Of a stretch of DNA of 64,000 nucleotides, positions 1 to 12,606 are shown piece after piece. The stretch's first letter is position 1, and each line of letters opens with the position of its first letter. Location of the stretch: contig CM069162.1 of the NCBI GenBank assembly GCA_035221665.1, forward strand, positions 23,560,001-23,624,000. The letters run 5' to 3'. The DNA comes from Okamejei kenojei. Lineage: Eukaryota. A program made the position numbers and the translations under genes. Under the pieces are notes generated by a model that did not search any database, was not told where the DNA came from, and saw only the letters and a program-made list of their open reading frames with translations.

Positions 1-1479
1 GTTAGTTCAAGAATAACGCGGCTACGATCCCAGGAAAAATCCCATTCAGACTGCACTGGGATTGTTCAGGGAATTAGTTTAGTGCCTCAGCTGCAATAAA
101 TGCTGCATTGAGTATATTCAGTTTAACAGTAGATTTCTCAGTGTGCAACGATAATAGAAATCAGTGGGAAACAGAGGCATCCTAACCTTAAATGGTCCTT
201 ACGTAATGGCCACAGTCTGATTTTATGCATGTGTGATTTGTGGCAATGATACTGGTTTGCCATACTCCAAACATCTTGAACATCTTGCATTGGGTCACTC
301 AAAATGCATTTTTTTTTAAAAGTAGAGCAATAAACACATAGCAAAATAAACATGCAACTTCATTGAAAAATAATGGCTAATATTTAGTTGGTCTACCTTC
401 ATATCGTTACAGCCATGAAGGCTGAAAATGTTTTAAAGTAAAGAGTTGCAGAGCCAGCTATTGAACACCAAGGGTCCCCAGACAGTTGACAGCAACAGAT
501 GGTCGAAAGGGAAGTGCTTGGCACAGATCACTACGCACGAGGAAGTCTGTGGTAATCATTTGCGCTTTGCTGTTAACCACAAACTCTGGGCCACAACTGT
601 TTGTTTTGTGCTCATCTCTCTGTAGGTCTTGAGCACACATAACCAGACAATTAGAAGAGTCACAGGTGGAACTTATTTCAGTAGTTTAATTAGCTATTTC
701 TGATAGGGATTTAGTGCCAAGTAATATCAGCTAGTTGAAGAGATCGCTGGCAAACAGACTGAATGCACTTGAGTGGATAGATTGAAGATTGAATGCTAGA
801 AGAAAAAGGCAAGTTCAACCTAGCCCCAACCAATGAAGTTCCATTATTAAACCAAGATGGGACTGAATGAATTTTAACACCAACTTCTCCTACTCAATGT
901 ATAGTGATAGAGACTTCACCCATAGCATATTGCTAAGTTAATGTTGAACTAACTTAAAATGTATTGAAGCTTTGCCTGCAACTTACAGCAAACAGCGCAT
1001 TTAACCTAACAAGTCTGAGGTGGTATACACAGTAAACTTAACTCCACTACATCCACCTCTTCCCATTTCCAGACATACAGCTTTGATCCAATCATGCATT
1101 CCATTAACACTTAGCTCAAAACAAATGTAGTCATATAGCTACAATTCCTAGTACTTAACCATTCAACTGAACAAATGTTGCCTCATAATTATCTATTGGT
1201 GAATCACGGACAAATGTACACAGAATCCTACCTTTATCAAGCATCGTCTCAAGCGCAGACTGAAAAAAAATGCCAACATGTCAACCTATGTATTACCTGG
1301 TACCCACAGGATTTAAATGCGGTGAACACACCCACAAAAGGCTTATGACATTTTGAATTTTTAAAAACATATCCTCACCCACAGGGGGAAGAGCTGAGCA
1401 GAATCATTTCTTAAGCTACCAGCCTGTGAGTAAAAACCAAGACAAAAGTGGTCACGTTGATGGGAGGCACTAATGAAAA

Positions 1480-1870
1480 ATGCACAATGAGCGTTTGATG
1501 GTACTGGTGTTTAGAAGGATGAGGGGATCCTCACTGAAACTGAACGGATGGTGAAAGGCCTGGATAGAGTGGATGTTTCCACTAGTGGAAGAGTCATGGA
1601 CCAGAAGTCATTGCCTCAGAATTTAAGGAAGTTCTTTTAGGAAGGAGAGGAGGAATTTATTTAGTCAGAGTGGTAAATCTGTGGAATTCATTGCCACAGA
1701 AGGCTATGGAGGACGTCAATAGATATTTTTACTGCAGAGATGGATTCTTAATTAGTACGCGGGAAGAAGGTAGGAGAATGAGGTCAGGAAGGACAGATAG
1801 ATCAGCAATGATTGAATGGAATTGATGGGCCAAATGGCCCAATTCTACTTTAGCACTTACGAACTTATGA
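1480..1870 (+). mobile_element. CR1-type LINE 3' end
   Basis: gtggaattcattgccacagaaggct...agatcagcaatgattgaatgg. Related pieces lie at about 29200-29405 (-), 43940-44190 (-), 50750-50965 (+) and 52870-53005 (+). Confidence 0.72.
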
Positions 1871-2608
1871 AAGTGTTTCCCAAAGAATGCATCTATATAC
1901 ACATGCAATTAACACTATTACGTCAGTGGATAAGTTCATCTTGTCCTCAGATTAATGAAGAGCATACATGAAAGATTGGAGGAGAGAGATGGAAAGTTGC
2001 AATTGCTGCTTTTCAGTGCACGCAAATTTAGGCGCATCACATTTGATAAAAAGCTCAGTATTGAACTAACCGGTTAAAACCTTTAATCAATTTTTATGCA
2101 ACAACTGTGAGGTCATTAGAAAAAAAGTTATGAAGGGGCTTACTGATGTACACAGTGAAGGAATTGACATTTGTCGAGTTGGAATACAGAAACAATGATG
2201 CTCCTCATCCGTTTGCAATACTGCTTTTGGAGTCAGTCTCCAACATCTCCTGCTCTCACATCTGCATGGACAACAGACCAAGTGAAAGATGTCAAATTCT
2301 TTACATTTGTTTAAAATCCAAGGAAGATGCTTAAGTGAAAGACAAATTCAATTTATATGGAGAAAAGGCATGCAGAATCAAACTACACTCACAAGTGAAT
2401 ACCCAGAGGCAACAATTCCCATCACTATCCTGCAGCAAAAGACCAGCCAATGTTTACCCAAAGCTCACTGGCCTCTTCAGAGAAATTCCATCTCAAAGCA
2501 ATGTGTAATTGTTGCTGTCTGTAAACAAGCCTTGTCATTGGGGGACTCATAACTAAAAACAAAGACCAACAGACCAGGAGCTTCTAATTTAAATCATTCA
2601 GTGAACTG

Positions 2609-2735
2609 TGTAGGAAGGAACTGCAGGCGCTGGTTTACACCAAAGATCGAGACAAGATGCTGGAGTAACTTAGAGCGACAGATAGCATCTCTGGAGAGAA
2701 GGTATGGGTGATGTTTCAGGTCAAGACCGTTCTTT
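2609..2735 (-). mobile_element. Diverged PLE-end short element
   Basis: aggaaggaactgcag...ctggagtaac...gtttcaggtcaagacc; flanking direct repeat agtgaactg (2600-2608 and 2736-2744). Confidence 0.75.
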
Positions 2736-4283
2736 AGTGAACTGAGCAGCAATCTTCCTCCATATGACAGCCAAGATTAGAAGAACGGAGAAAAGTGACA
2801 CAAACTACCATAACACCTATGAATGAATAATTCAAACTGGTTTTGTGTCTTTTTCCAACTTTGATGTTTCTGAGTGCAACTACTGGTGGGTACACATTTC
2901 ACTACACCAATCGGCGAATGTGACTAATAAAGAACCTTTGATACCTAATAAATTATGAGTGCACTTCAAATGAAATTAAATGCAGAAGATTTACAGGGTA
3001 TGCTACGATGTGAAAGGCAAGCAGAATAAAATCTCACCCAATGCCTGAATAGTGTTGCTCTAATGTCTCCGTGTAAAAAGGAACACACAGCTTTAAAAAT
3101 AAAACCCCCAATGAGTTCAACGTGAGCAAGAGGTATTTTCGTCTGCGTGGGAAAGATTTTCCCAGGCAAGTGAATGCTTCCGACTCAGCACTTCCTCAGT
3201 GAAAGATATAAATCAATCAATTTCTTGCATTTCACTCCCCACCATTGTTCATTTTTCACTCCCCACCACAAGCAGTTAATAGAAATTGTAGCACAAAGCC
3301 CAGGTCTATCTGAAACTTATTCTACAACTACCCAAGTGTATGCAAAAAATTCACTTTCAGTGACCATGGCTAACGACTCCATGTGAAAACTAGAAGTCAT
3401 AGATAAAACTGTCCTCAAGATCAGATGGGAAGATCCATATTGTGGTTCCAGCAGGGTGGGGATTGTGGAGGTGGAGGCAGAAGTAGCAAGATTTTCTTTC
3501 AGTCAGACCACCATCATCAGCTTGATTAGACCCCCATAATACATTCCAAAAGTCAAGAAAACTCTTCCAGTGCTCCAAGATCTATTTATCCACAATTACC
3601 GGAAAAAGATTTACGTTCATATCACATTACTGCAGTTTTTTGGCGGGAGAGTTTCCACATAAATTTGCTTCATGTTACTAAGTACCTGATGTGTGACTAT
3701 CATTGTGAAAGTAATAGGCGTTCTGAAATCCTGGAGTTGTAAAAGGGCATGAAATTAGAACATTTCAATTAACAACTTTTGTCACAACCAACAGAAAATT
3801 GTTACAATGCTTACAGTGGTTGAGAGGGTGGGGTGCTTAAATTCTCAAATTAAACTATTACAGAGCTTTGGAATCTTCCATATTTACATGCTGGAACCCA
3901 ACGTACAAGCAGCTATGCTGTAACATGATAGCATCAGTCTCAAGAAAGCAAAATTATAAAAATTCCAGTCCAGACAATGATAATTGGATAAGACGATAAG
4001 GATTCTGGCAGAAATATACACCAAATAGTCGAGTTGCATCTCAAAATGAGAACTACTAATGGGTCAAAAGACAACTAGCCTCTCTCTCCCTCTCATACTC
4101 ACTTTATGCCACCACAGGCAACCCAAGTATTTGGGAATTCTCAGCCAATAATTCATCAATTTGTAAATTAGGTCAAGTCTGTACTCACTGCAGCACTTTG
4201 CAATATCTTTATAACTGGGGAAGTACAGAGTAGGAAGAAAACCTCAGACAAGCTAGAAACAATTAAAGCTACTGACATACTAA

Positions 4284-4950
4284 AGGCCCTGTCCCACTTA
4301 CGTGTCCTAGGTATGCAAATTACGCAACCTCGTCACGGCATCGCGTGGCCGCGCGTGGCCGGTCGCACTGAGAAGCGCGGAGGGGTATGGAGTTGTGCGC
4401 TGTATCGCGCGGCACTCCGAAATTTTGTAGCGAACGAAATCTACGAGCGCCACCGGCCTGTCGCGTAACTGACGAACAAAGTGGGACAGGCCCAAGACCC
4501 TGGCGCGACGCAACGTCTCACCTCCAACAGCAGCAGAAGCATGCAAACGATCGTCGAGCATGATGTCGCTCACGGCCGTTGCGGTCCGGATCCGCCCCCA
4601 CTTCTACTCCCAGAGCGGGGCCAAGAAAATTGAAGATAGACACAAAATGCTGGAGTAACTCAGCGGGAACGGCAGCAAATCTGGAGAGAAGGAATGGATG
4701 ACGTTTCTGGTCAAGACCTTTCTTTCAGACTGAAGAAGGGTCTCGACCCTGAAACATCACCCATTGCTTCTCTCCAGAGATGCTGCCGGTCCCACTGAGT
4801 TACTCCAGCATCTTGTGTCCATCTTCAAATTACGTCACACACTCCAGACGGCTGTGCAGATGCATGATGTCGCGCGCGACCGTCGCGCCTCAAAGCAACC
4901 ACGAGATCGCGTAATTAGCGTGCCAAGGACACGCAAGTGGGACAGGGGCT
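4284..4950. mobile_element. PIF/Harbinger-type MITE
   Basis: TIRs aggccctgtcccacttacgtgtcc / ggacacgcaagtgggacaggggct; flanks taa/tta; CpG-rich and non-coding; additional internal TIR-like sequence at about 4479-4493. Confidence 0.78.
4630..4828. mobile_element. Palindromic PLE-end element nested in a Harbinger MITE
   Basis: Two ~99-bp inverted arms centred on ttcag-a-ctgaa (centre 4729), each carrying a degenerate hammerhead-like core. Confidence 0.8.
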
Positions 4951-7409
4951 TTACAATCAGCCCAAGAGCAAGCCCCCAGTACACAGACTGATGTTGAGAT
5001 CTAGGGGGCTTCAAATCCATTTCTGATAACACATATGCTCTCTCCACAGGAAAAAAAACATTTTCCTCAAACTCAGAAGGACCACAATAATAATCTGAAA
5101 CAAGCAGTTAGATCATGCAAGTCAGCTGCTCAAGAGACAACAAAGACAACTTTATATAAAACATTCAACGTAAAGTGCTCAGTGTCAAAACAGCGGCAAG
5201 TTCTCGGGACTGGTGACTAATAGCTTGTTCAGGCTCAGTTTTAAAGTTTAGAGCCTTGACAGCACAAAACTAGCTATACCCTCTTTTTCGTCCATTTTAT
5301 TCCACTCACTGGCAGCTCTGCTTTCATGTTATAACGTTCTCATCTCTAAAACTCACCATTCGTCTCATCCCATAACATCTTAGCAAATATAATTAACTAT
5401 CCCATCTCCCCTCTTCGGTGTCAGGCCTTGCACTGCTTGATGATGCTCTTGTGAAGCACTTAACATTGCTATTTGAGAAAAAAAAGATTCAAATACTGGG
5501 ACCAATGAATCAACTAACCACACCCCAATCAACATTGCATGTGCTGACGTCAATTCTACACTATTTTACAATCACTCCCCTAGTCCCAGAGGGTGGATGG
5601 CATGCAACCCCAGATATTTATTTGATTTAAAAACTAGGTACCACAGTTTCAATGTACGTTTGAAAGAGATAAGTTAACAGAGCCTTCTTTTATTGGCACT
5701 CCAAGATGTTTTTTGCAAGACCTTCAAAAGCCCCGATGTAATTTTTTTTTTGATTTGAATAATTTGATTCAACAAATTCAAATAGAGATGAATAACTATC
5801 GGAGAGAGAAAAAAAAAAAAAGGTAAATGACTACGTTTCTATTTCACCAAAATGGGAGAAGGCACAGAGGAATTGAGAGGTGGGAACAGAAAATGATTAT
5901 GAACAGCATACATACCGCCATATTTGTTTAATGCAATCTTAACATTGGAGCAAATTCTGGGAAATCCCATGATGATCATTGTAGGTATCAATTGGCACTA
6001 TCCTTACTTTGCTTCCCAACCACACTATTTAAGAGGATGCAAGAGACTGTAGACGCTGGAATCACAAGCAAAAAAACTACCAGAGAAACTCCGCATCTGT
6101 GGAGGGAAATGGGCAGACTGCACTTAGGGCGAGGACTCTTCAAGACTGTCAATTTAATTTATGCCCTATAGTCACTTTACTGAATTATGCTGCCAGATGG
6201 CTCAGTTAATAGATGCAAATCACCAACGAGTTGCACATCAAAATTGACATTAAATATTCCATTAGAAAGAACAATCCAAATCTAAGGAATGCCAATGCCA
6301 ATCTGGAAATAGTCAAGCCCAGCTGGGAATGTCTAACAAGTCAACTCCTCAGAGCTACATGTAATCTAATTTTGATCAACTTTTGACACATGCCACAGTT
6401 TCACTGGCAAGACCTACAGTCACTGTCCAAGCCCAAATTGCCTTTTTGGGCCACTTTTGGAGACCTATTAATCAACTGCCATGCCCCTAATTTCAATACA
6501 AGCCAAAGTAGGCAATTTTCCTAACTGTTCAGCAACAAGGCATATTCACTTATGACAATGACAATTAATCTATTGACTTTTTGACAACGTTTTTACACTA
6601 ATTGAATTTAAAATTCTCATTTAATCTGCTGCGATTTGAACTCAACCAAATTTAGTACAAAGTTTTGGAAGTAGTGACAACAAACAATATGAAGTATTAG
6701 CTTTAAGAATTGGGAAGTACACCTTGACATATCCAACCACACATTAATAAAACCATTCTTTCAAACGTGGTCAGGAGTCATCACAAAATATAGGAATAGA
6801 AAAATGCCCCGAGAGTTTTAATCAGATTAATCTGAACACTTCCCTCCTATATAACATTATTCTCCGACATTTTGCCAACACGGCATTCATTATAGTTTAA
6901 ATGGGTTTTGCATCAGAGCATTCCCCAATTTGTAAAGCCCGTCTTGAGTAGGTCAGGTGATTCACTAAATTTCCGAGGAACTTTGCGCTTGGACCAAACC
7001 CAAAACAATAAAGAAGAAACGCGACAATTTTCCATTAAATTAGAAAAAAAAAGCACGATCATATAGCTACTAATCCTTCAGTCTTCAGAATGGGTTAACA
7101 CTACTTGTTGCATTTTCATTATCGATGATTGAAAGCAGCAGCCAAGAAATCTTCTGGGGAAAAGCAAGCTTGACATTTTCCAAAATAGTCAGCAACTTAT
7201 ATAAGTTACGAAAAGTACAATAATGTATATCTCCCTTCAAAACCAGGCCTCAAGGAAAGCAACTTATCGAACTTCAGAGACACTGACAGCAAAGACTGCA
7301 ACTAATTTCCGACAAACTTTGGAACAATTCCTCATAATACTTTGCTACCAACTGAAGGTGGGGAGTTTTTTTAAAAAATGAACCTTCACTGAGAGAGAGG
7401 GAGAGAGGC

Positions 7410-7850
7410 CCGGTTTTAACCCGCCCGCCCGCGGCCTTGCCTCAGCTCAAGCCTGGGATTGAGCGGGAGAAAGGGAGAGATAAAATGTCCGGTACTGGAA
7501 GTGGAAGGGAGCGAGAGGCACGGGGGGGGGGGAGAACTTACATGTCTTCTCACAATGAGCCGTCGACGCAGCGGCCGGGAGTCGGGTGTTGTCCTCAGCG
7601 GCTCGGAGACGTGACGGCACCAGCGCGGCCTCCACCAAATATACTGGAGCTTTATCCTCCCTCCACTGCCAGCGGCCTGTTGTCCCCGCCCTCGGCCTCC
7701 GCCTCCGCCTCTCCCCGTCCCCGCCCCCCGCCCTAGGCCCCGTCCCCGCTCCCGCCCTCGGCCTCTGCCCACCTCGGGCCTACCCTGTCCCGTCCCGCCC
7801 TCTCCCCGCTCCTCCCTCTCCCCCAGCAACACTCGGATGCTCCTGACCAA
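7410..7850. promoter_or_regulatory. CpG island / GC-box promoter
   Basis: Abrupt GC- and CpG-rich block in an AT-rich background, with several CCCGCC/CCCCGCCC Sp1-like boxes at about 7680-7810, upstream of a minus-strand donor site. Confidence 0.8.
7542..7543 (-). CDS. VAMP3: Probable VAMP3-like exon 1 coding part (split start codon AT|G)
   Basis: Minus strand gagaagacAT|GTAAGT is a consensus donor (7541-7536) inside the CpG island. VAMP1/2/3 exon 1 ends in AT, and VAMP3 lies directly downstream of CAMTA1 on the same strand in mammals. Exon 2 was not found in the window, so the identity rests on synteny. Confidence 0.55.
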
Positions 7851-7968
7851 AGATTATAGAGGAGCTCTTGCTCCTGACCAAAGATTATGCTCCTGGCAAC
7901 ATCCAGCGAGGCAGGGAGGAATGTTGTCAGAGTTGGAAGGGGAAAGATAAAACATCCGTAGAAATGAG

Positions 7969-8090
7969 GTAATCATAATAATAATAATAATAATAACTTT
8001 ATTACGGACTCAAGGTCCAGATAAGGGGCAACGTTACATTAAAAATGCATTGCATATCAAATATCACAAATATATATATATATATATATA
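7969..8090. repeat. (AAT)n and (TA)n microsatellites, probably a minus-strand retroposon tail
   Basis: About 7-8 AAT units followed by ctttatt; (TA)n at about 8070-8092. Confidence 0.7.
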
Positions 8091-9721
8091 TAAAATCATG
8101 GTAAATCACATTAAAAAACATCATCATTTATATATTTTAAAAACCCACAATACTTCAGCTAAAAATCCAGAGTAAAAGATGATCAATGTCGTACAACGAG
8201 ACAACGACACCATTGGAATTGGGATGTAAGACATTGGGATTGTATCGTACCTGTGTTTGTGAACAGTGTTTGTGCTGAGGGGAAAGAGAGAGGGATTTGG
8301 GAATTGCTCTTACTGTCACAAATACAATCTATGAGCACTACAAACATTCAACAGGTGAGGCAGCATCTGTAACAAAAATGTTTAAGAATTAACGTTACAC
8401 GTCAAAGAACCTTCACCAGAACGTGCTGCTTTATTTCAGATCAACACGGCCTGTAGATTTATGATTTTTTTATTCTTTGACAGTCCACATGACTGAGGTG
8501 CGCCGCCTGTCGTGATAGACACTGCCATGATTCTATTCAGTTAACTGGTCAACCCTCTCCTCCCCAATAGGAACAAAACATCTCTACAGGTTTAATCAAC
8601 AGGAAGTTACCACCTAAAATTCAAAAATTTTGATTCCTTCTCATAAAGTGAAAATATCGAAAAAGTTGCTGTGCAGTTGAAAAGAGGCTTAACCCAGACT
8701 GGAATAGTATTGTCCCGTTCCTTGGCACCAGGCAGGAAATTCAACCCCTGACTGGTATACAATTCCTTCACATGATGTCAACAGAAGTGCAACGCTCAGT
8801 ATTTGCCTCAAGCAGGATTTTTAACTTCACTTATCTGAAAAAGGCCTGTCGTTGTTTGCTAACCCTGTTTACACTGAAATAATATATTAAAAGGGCCAAT
8901 ACACAAATGGCTTTCTCTGCCAGGGAAGTACTTTGCAGCCTTACTGCTTACTCTGCAAGCTGCTCTCACTTAAATCAAGGCTTCCCTTCTCCGCACCCTT
9001 TGAGACTTACCTGAACTCACAACTTACTTCCAAAGAGGATCTGTTTACAGGTAACATTTCTTTTGTTGGATAGGATGGAAATTAACTATAAGCATTCAAG
9101 GCATCTCGGGTAGCCACAGGGACCTTGCTGGAGGCGGCATAAAAGGGCTCATCTCCTGAGGTTTTACCAGCCAGAAATTTATAGAGATCAAGGCTTGCAG
9201 CAAAACTTCTGTAATGAGCAGGTAGGTGCTCAGAAATGACAGTCCTAAGTGACATGTTACCTCCTACAAAGCCAAGCAAATACCCACATACATGCCTGGA
9301 ATACTCTGCCACGAAGGGTTCAGGTCATAGTCACTTCCAGCTCCCTTGCGTAAAGATCATTCTGAACTGCTGCTGTTGATGTTAACTCCGTTGCAGAGTT
9401 TGCGGCGCCCAGCTCCACTATGGAAGACAACAAGGTCCATGTAATAGGGAGAATATCACCTAGTGGATGCAAGGATCCGCAGATGCTGGTTTACACACAA
9501 GGACACCTTTGATTAGCCTTGAACAAAAAAAGGTACTGGGGTAACTCAGCAGGTCAGGCAACATTCTTGAAGAACAAGGGTAGGGGATGTTTCAGGTCGG
9601 GATCCCCTTCAGGCAGGACGTTACCTTACCTTTAACTCACTGGAACAGCCAGGCAAGGGATTAGCTGCTAATACAGGATTCCCTGGAGTGGAGGCACTCA
9701 TATAGTATGTCATTAAGGAGA

Positions 9722-10020
9722 CTTTAGTCTTTAGAGATATAGTGTGGAAACAGGCCATTCGGCCCACCGAGTCCATGCTGACCAGTGACCACCCCGTACA
9801 CTAACACACGTACACTAGGGACAATTTTGACAACTTACTGAAGCCAATTAACCTCCAAACTTGTACTCTTTGGAGTGTGGGAGGAAACCGGAGCACCCAG
9901 TGAAAACCCACGTGATCACAGGGAGAATATACAAACTCGGCACAGACAGCACCCGTAGTCAGGATCAAACCTGGGTCTCTGGCACTGAAAGGCAGCAACT
10001 CTACTGTTGCACAACTGTGC
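9722..10020 (-). mobile_element. tRNA-derived SINE (elasmobranch HE1-like)
   Basis: tRNA-like head with box A/B at the right end, conserved core (ctttggagtgtgggaggaaaccggagcacc) and ggaaacaggcc tail. Confidence 0.82.
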
Positions 10021-11377
10021 ATCCCCCCCCCCCTCCCCTTTGAGGGATACAGCATGGAAACAGCCATTCGGCCCGAAGCATCACTAGCAAGTTCCTAATA
10101 GTTTCCCCATGGCTGCCTTGCACAAAGAACATGATTCCTCTGAGTACTGTTCTCCGCCCCACTCTCCAACATCATATCATTTGCAGCACCACTCTCCGTG
10201 GCTGGAATAATGTTGTTTGTAGGGTATATCCACCCCATTACAGAAACATACAATGTCTACGGCAAAGGAAGTTGTCATTTGGTCCATCGTTCGTTCTGCC
10301 TTTGTGTAAGCAATTTAACTAGCCCAACTCCCTAACCACATAGGTACTGTAAATTATTTCCCTTCAGATGTTACATAACCGCCTCTGAATCTCTTTCCCC
10401 TTAGTTAAATCTATATTGTTTTGTTTTATCTGTCGCTGATATGGGGAAAGGTTTCCTGCAGTCTACAATATCTATACCCCTCACGATTTTTATATAGCTC
10501 AGTTCTTAGCCTACTTCTTAGCCTAGAACAGACCCTGCCTCTCAAACACTCCATCACGGGTGAATCTCCGCTGCACCCAATGGTGTATAAAGTTGAGCAT
10601 AACCTCCCTGGTTTTCTATTCATCTCCCTGACTAATAATGGCCATTATCCTGAGTGGTGAAGTTTTACATTCCTGCCCCTCCAGGACTGCCCTGGAAACT
10701 CCAGGAATTAATCTCCAAACACATTGTGGCAAACTGGTGTTGGTATTATAAGATGCAAGTGACTTTCTTTAATGAGTTACAAAAGTATTAGAGACAGATT
10801 AAAAAGCGTAACATCATCCAAACAGGTAATTATGAGTCTGTTTGGTTTCCAATTGGTTAAGGGAAGATGGGCAATATGCGAGATGTGTAATGATGGGTCC
10901 GTGGCTAGGTCATATTCATCGAGTGATACAGTGTGGAAACAGGCCCTTCGGCGCAACTCGCCTACACCGGCCAACAATGTCCCAGCTACCTTAGTCCCAC
11001 TTGCCTGCGCTTGGTCCATAACCCTCCAAACCTGTGCTATCCTTGGGTACACAAAAAGCTGGAGAAACTCAGCGGGTGCAGCAGCATCTAAGGAGCGAAG
11101 GAGATAGGCGACGTTTCGGGTCGAGACCCTTCTTCAGACTGGTCAGGGATCAGGGAAACGAGAGATATAGACGGTGATGTGGAGAGATAAGGAACAATGA
11201 GTGAAAGATATGCAAAAAAGTATCGGTGATAAAGGGAACAAGCCATTGTAAGCTGTTTGTGGTGTGAAAATGAGAAGCTGGTGTGACTGGGGTGGGGGAG
11301 GGAGATAGAGATAGAGGGAATGCCAGGGCCCGAGGGCTGAGGGAGAGGTGGGAAGGGGAGGAGACAGCAAGGGTTAA

Positions 11378-12595
11378 CAGAATTGAGAAAATTCAATATT
11401 CAAGCCCAAAGGATGCAGACTCCCCAAGCGAATATGAGGTGCTGTTCCTCCAGCTTGCGGTGTTGCTCACTCTGGCCGTGGAGGAGGCCCAGGACCGAGA
11501 GGTCGGATGTGGAATGGGAGGGGGAGTTGAAGTGCTGAGCCACCGGGAGGTCGGGTTGGTTATTGCGGACCGAGCGGAGGTGTTCGGCGAAACGATCGCC
11601 AAGCCTCCGCTTGGTCTCACCGATATAGATCATCTGGCATCTGGAGCAGCGGATGCAGTAGATGAGGTTGGAGGAGGTGCAGGTGAACCTCTGTCGGACC
11701 TGGAAGGACTGCTTGGGTCCCTGAAAGGAGTGGAGGGGGGAGGTGAAGGGACAAGTGTTGCATTTCTTGCGGTTGCAAGGGAAAGTGCCCGGGAAGGGGT
11801 AGAGTGGGAGGGGAGGGAAGAATTGACAAGGGAGTTGCGGAGGGAGCGGTCTTTGCGGAAGGCAGACAGGGGGGGAGATGGGAAGATGTGGCGGGTGGAG
11901 GGGTCACGTTGGAGGTGGCGAAACTGGCGGAGGACTATATGTTGTATTTGCCGGCTGGTGGGGTGAAAGGTGAGGACCAGGGGGACTCTGCCCTGTTTGC
12001 GAGGGGGGGAATGGGGAGCGAGGGCAGTGTTGCGGGGTATGGAGGAGACCCTGGTGCGAGCCTCATCAATAGTGGGGAGGGGAATCCCCGTTCTCTGAAG
12101 AATGAGGCCATTTGTGATGACCTGGTGTGGAACACCTCATCCTGGGAGCAGATGCGGCGTAGACGGAGGAATTGGGAATAGGGGATGGAGTCCTTACAGG
12201 AAGCAGGGTGGGAGGAAGAGTAGTCCAGGTAGCTGTGGGAGTCAGTAGGTTTGTAGTGGATGTCGGTCAGGAGTGTATCACCTGCAATAGAGATGGTGAG
12301 GTCAAGGAATGGTAGGGAAGTGTCGGAAATGGTCCAAGTGTATTTGAGTGCCGGATGGAAGTTGGTGGTGAAATGAATGAAGTCAGTCAGTTGTGTGTGG
12401 GTGCAGGAGGTGACACCAAGCAGTCGTCGATGTAACGGAGGTAGAGGTTCGGGGATGGGGCCCTGGTATGCCGAGAACAAGGATTGTTCGACGTACCCAA
12501 CAAAGAGGCAAGCGTAGCTGGGGCCCATGCGTGTGCCCATAGCTACGCCTTGTGTTTGGAGGAAATGGGAGGAATCAAAAGAGAAGTTATTGAAG
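11378..12595 (-). pseudogene. Second (inverted) copy of PLE RT plus GIY-YIG
   Basis: ORFs 11935..12540 and 11400..11633 mirror the plus-strand copy. This arm extends about 50 nt further 5' (LNNFSFDSSHFLQTQGVAMG). Confidence 0.9.
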
Positions 12596-12606
12596 ATTTA
12601 TTTCCT

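Noticed and set aside
1-7500. VAMP3 exon 2 (RRLQQTQ..VDE)
   Set aside because: No matching minus-strand sequence found by eye; it probably lies beyond the window.
7416-7850. Overlapping Gly/Arg- and Pro-rich ORFs on both strands
   Set aside because: Low-complexity by-products of the GC-rich CpG island with no recognisable domain.
11283-12181. 227-aa and 125-aa plus-strand ORFs (mirrored at 12971-13770 on minus)
   Set aside because: Antisense shadows of the PLE coding sequence.
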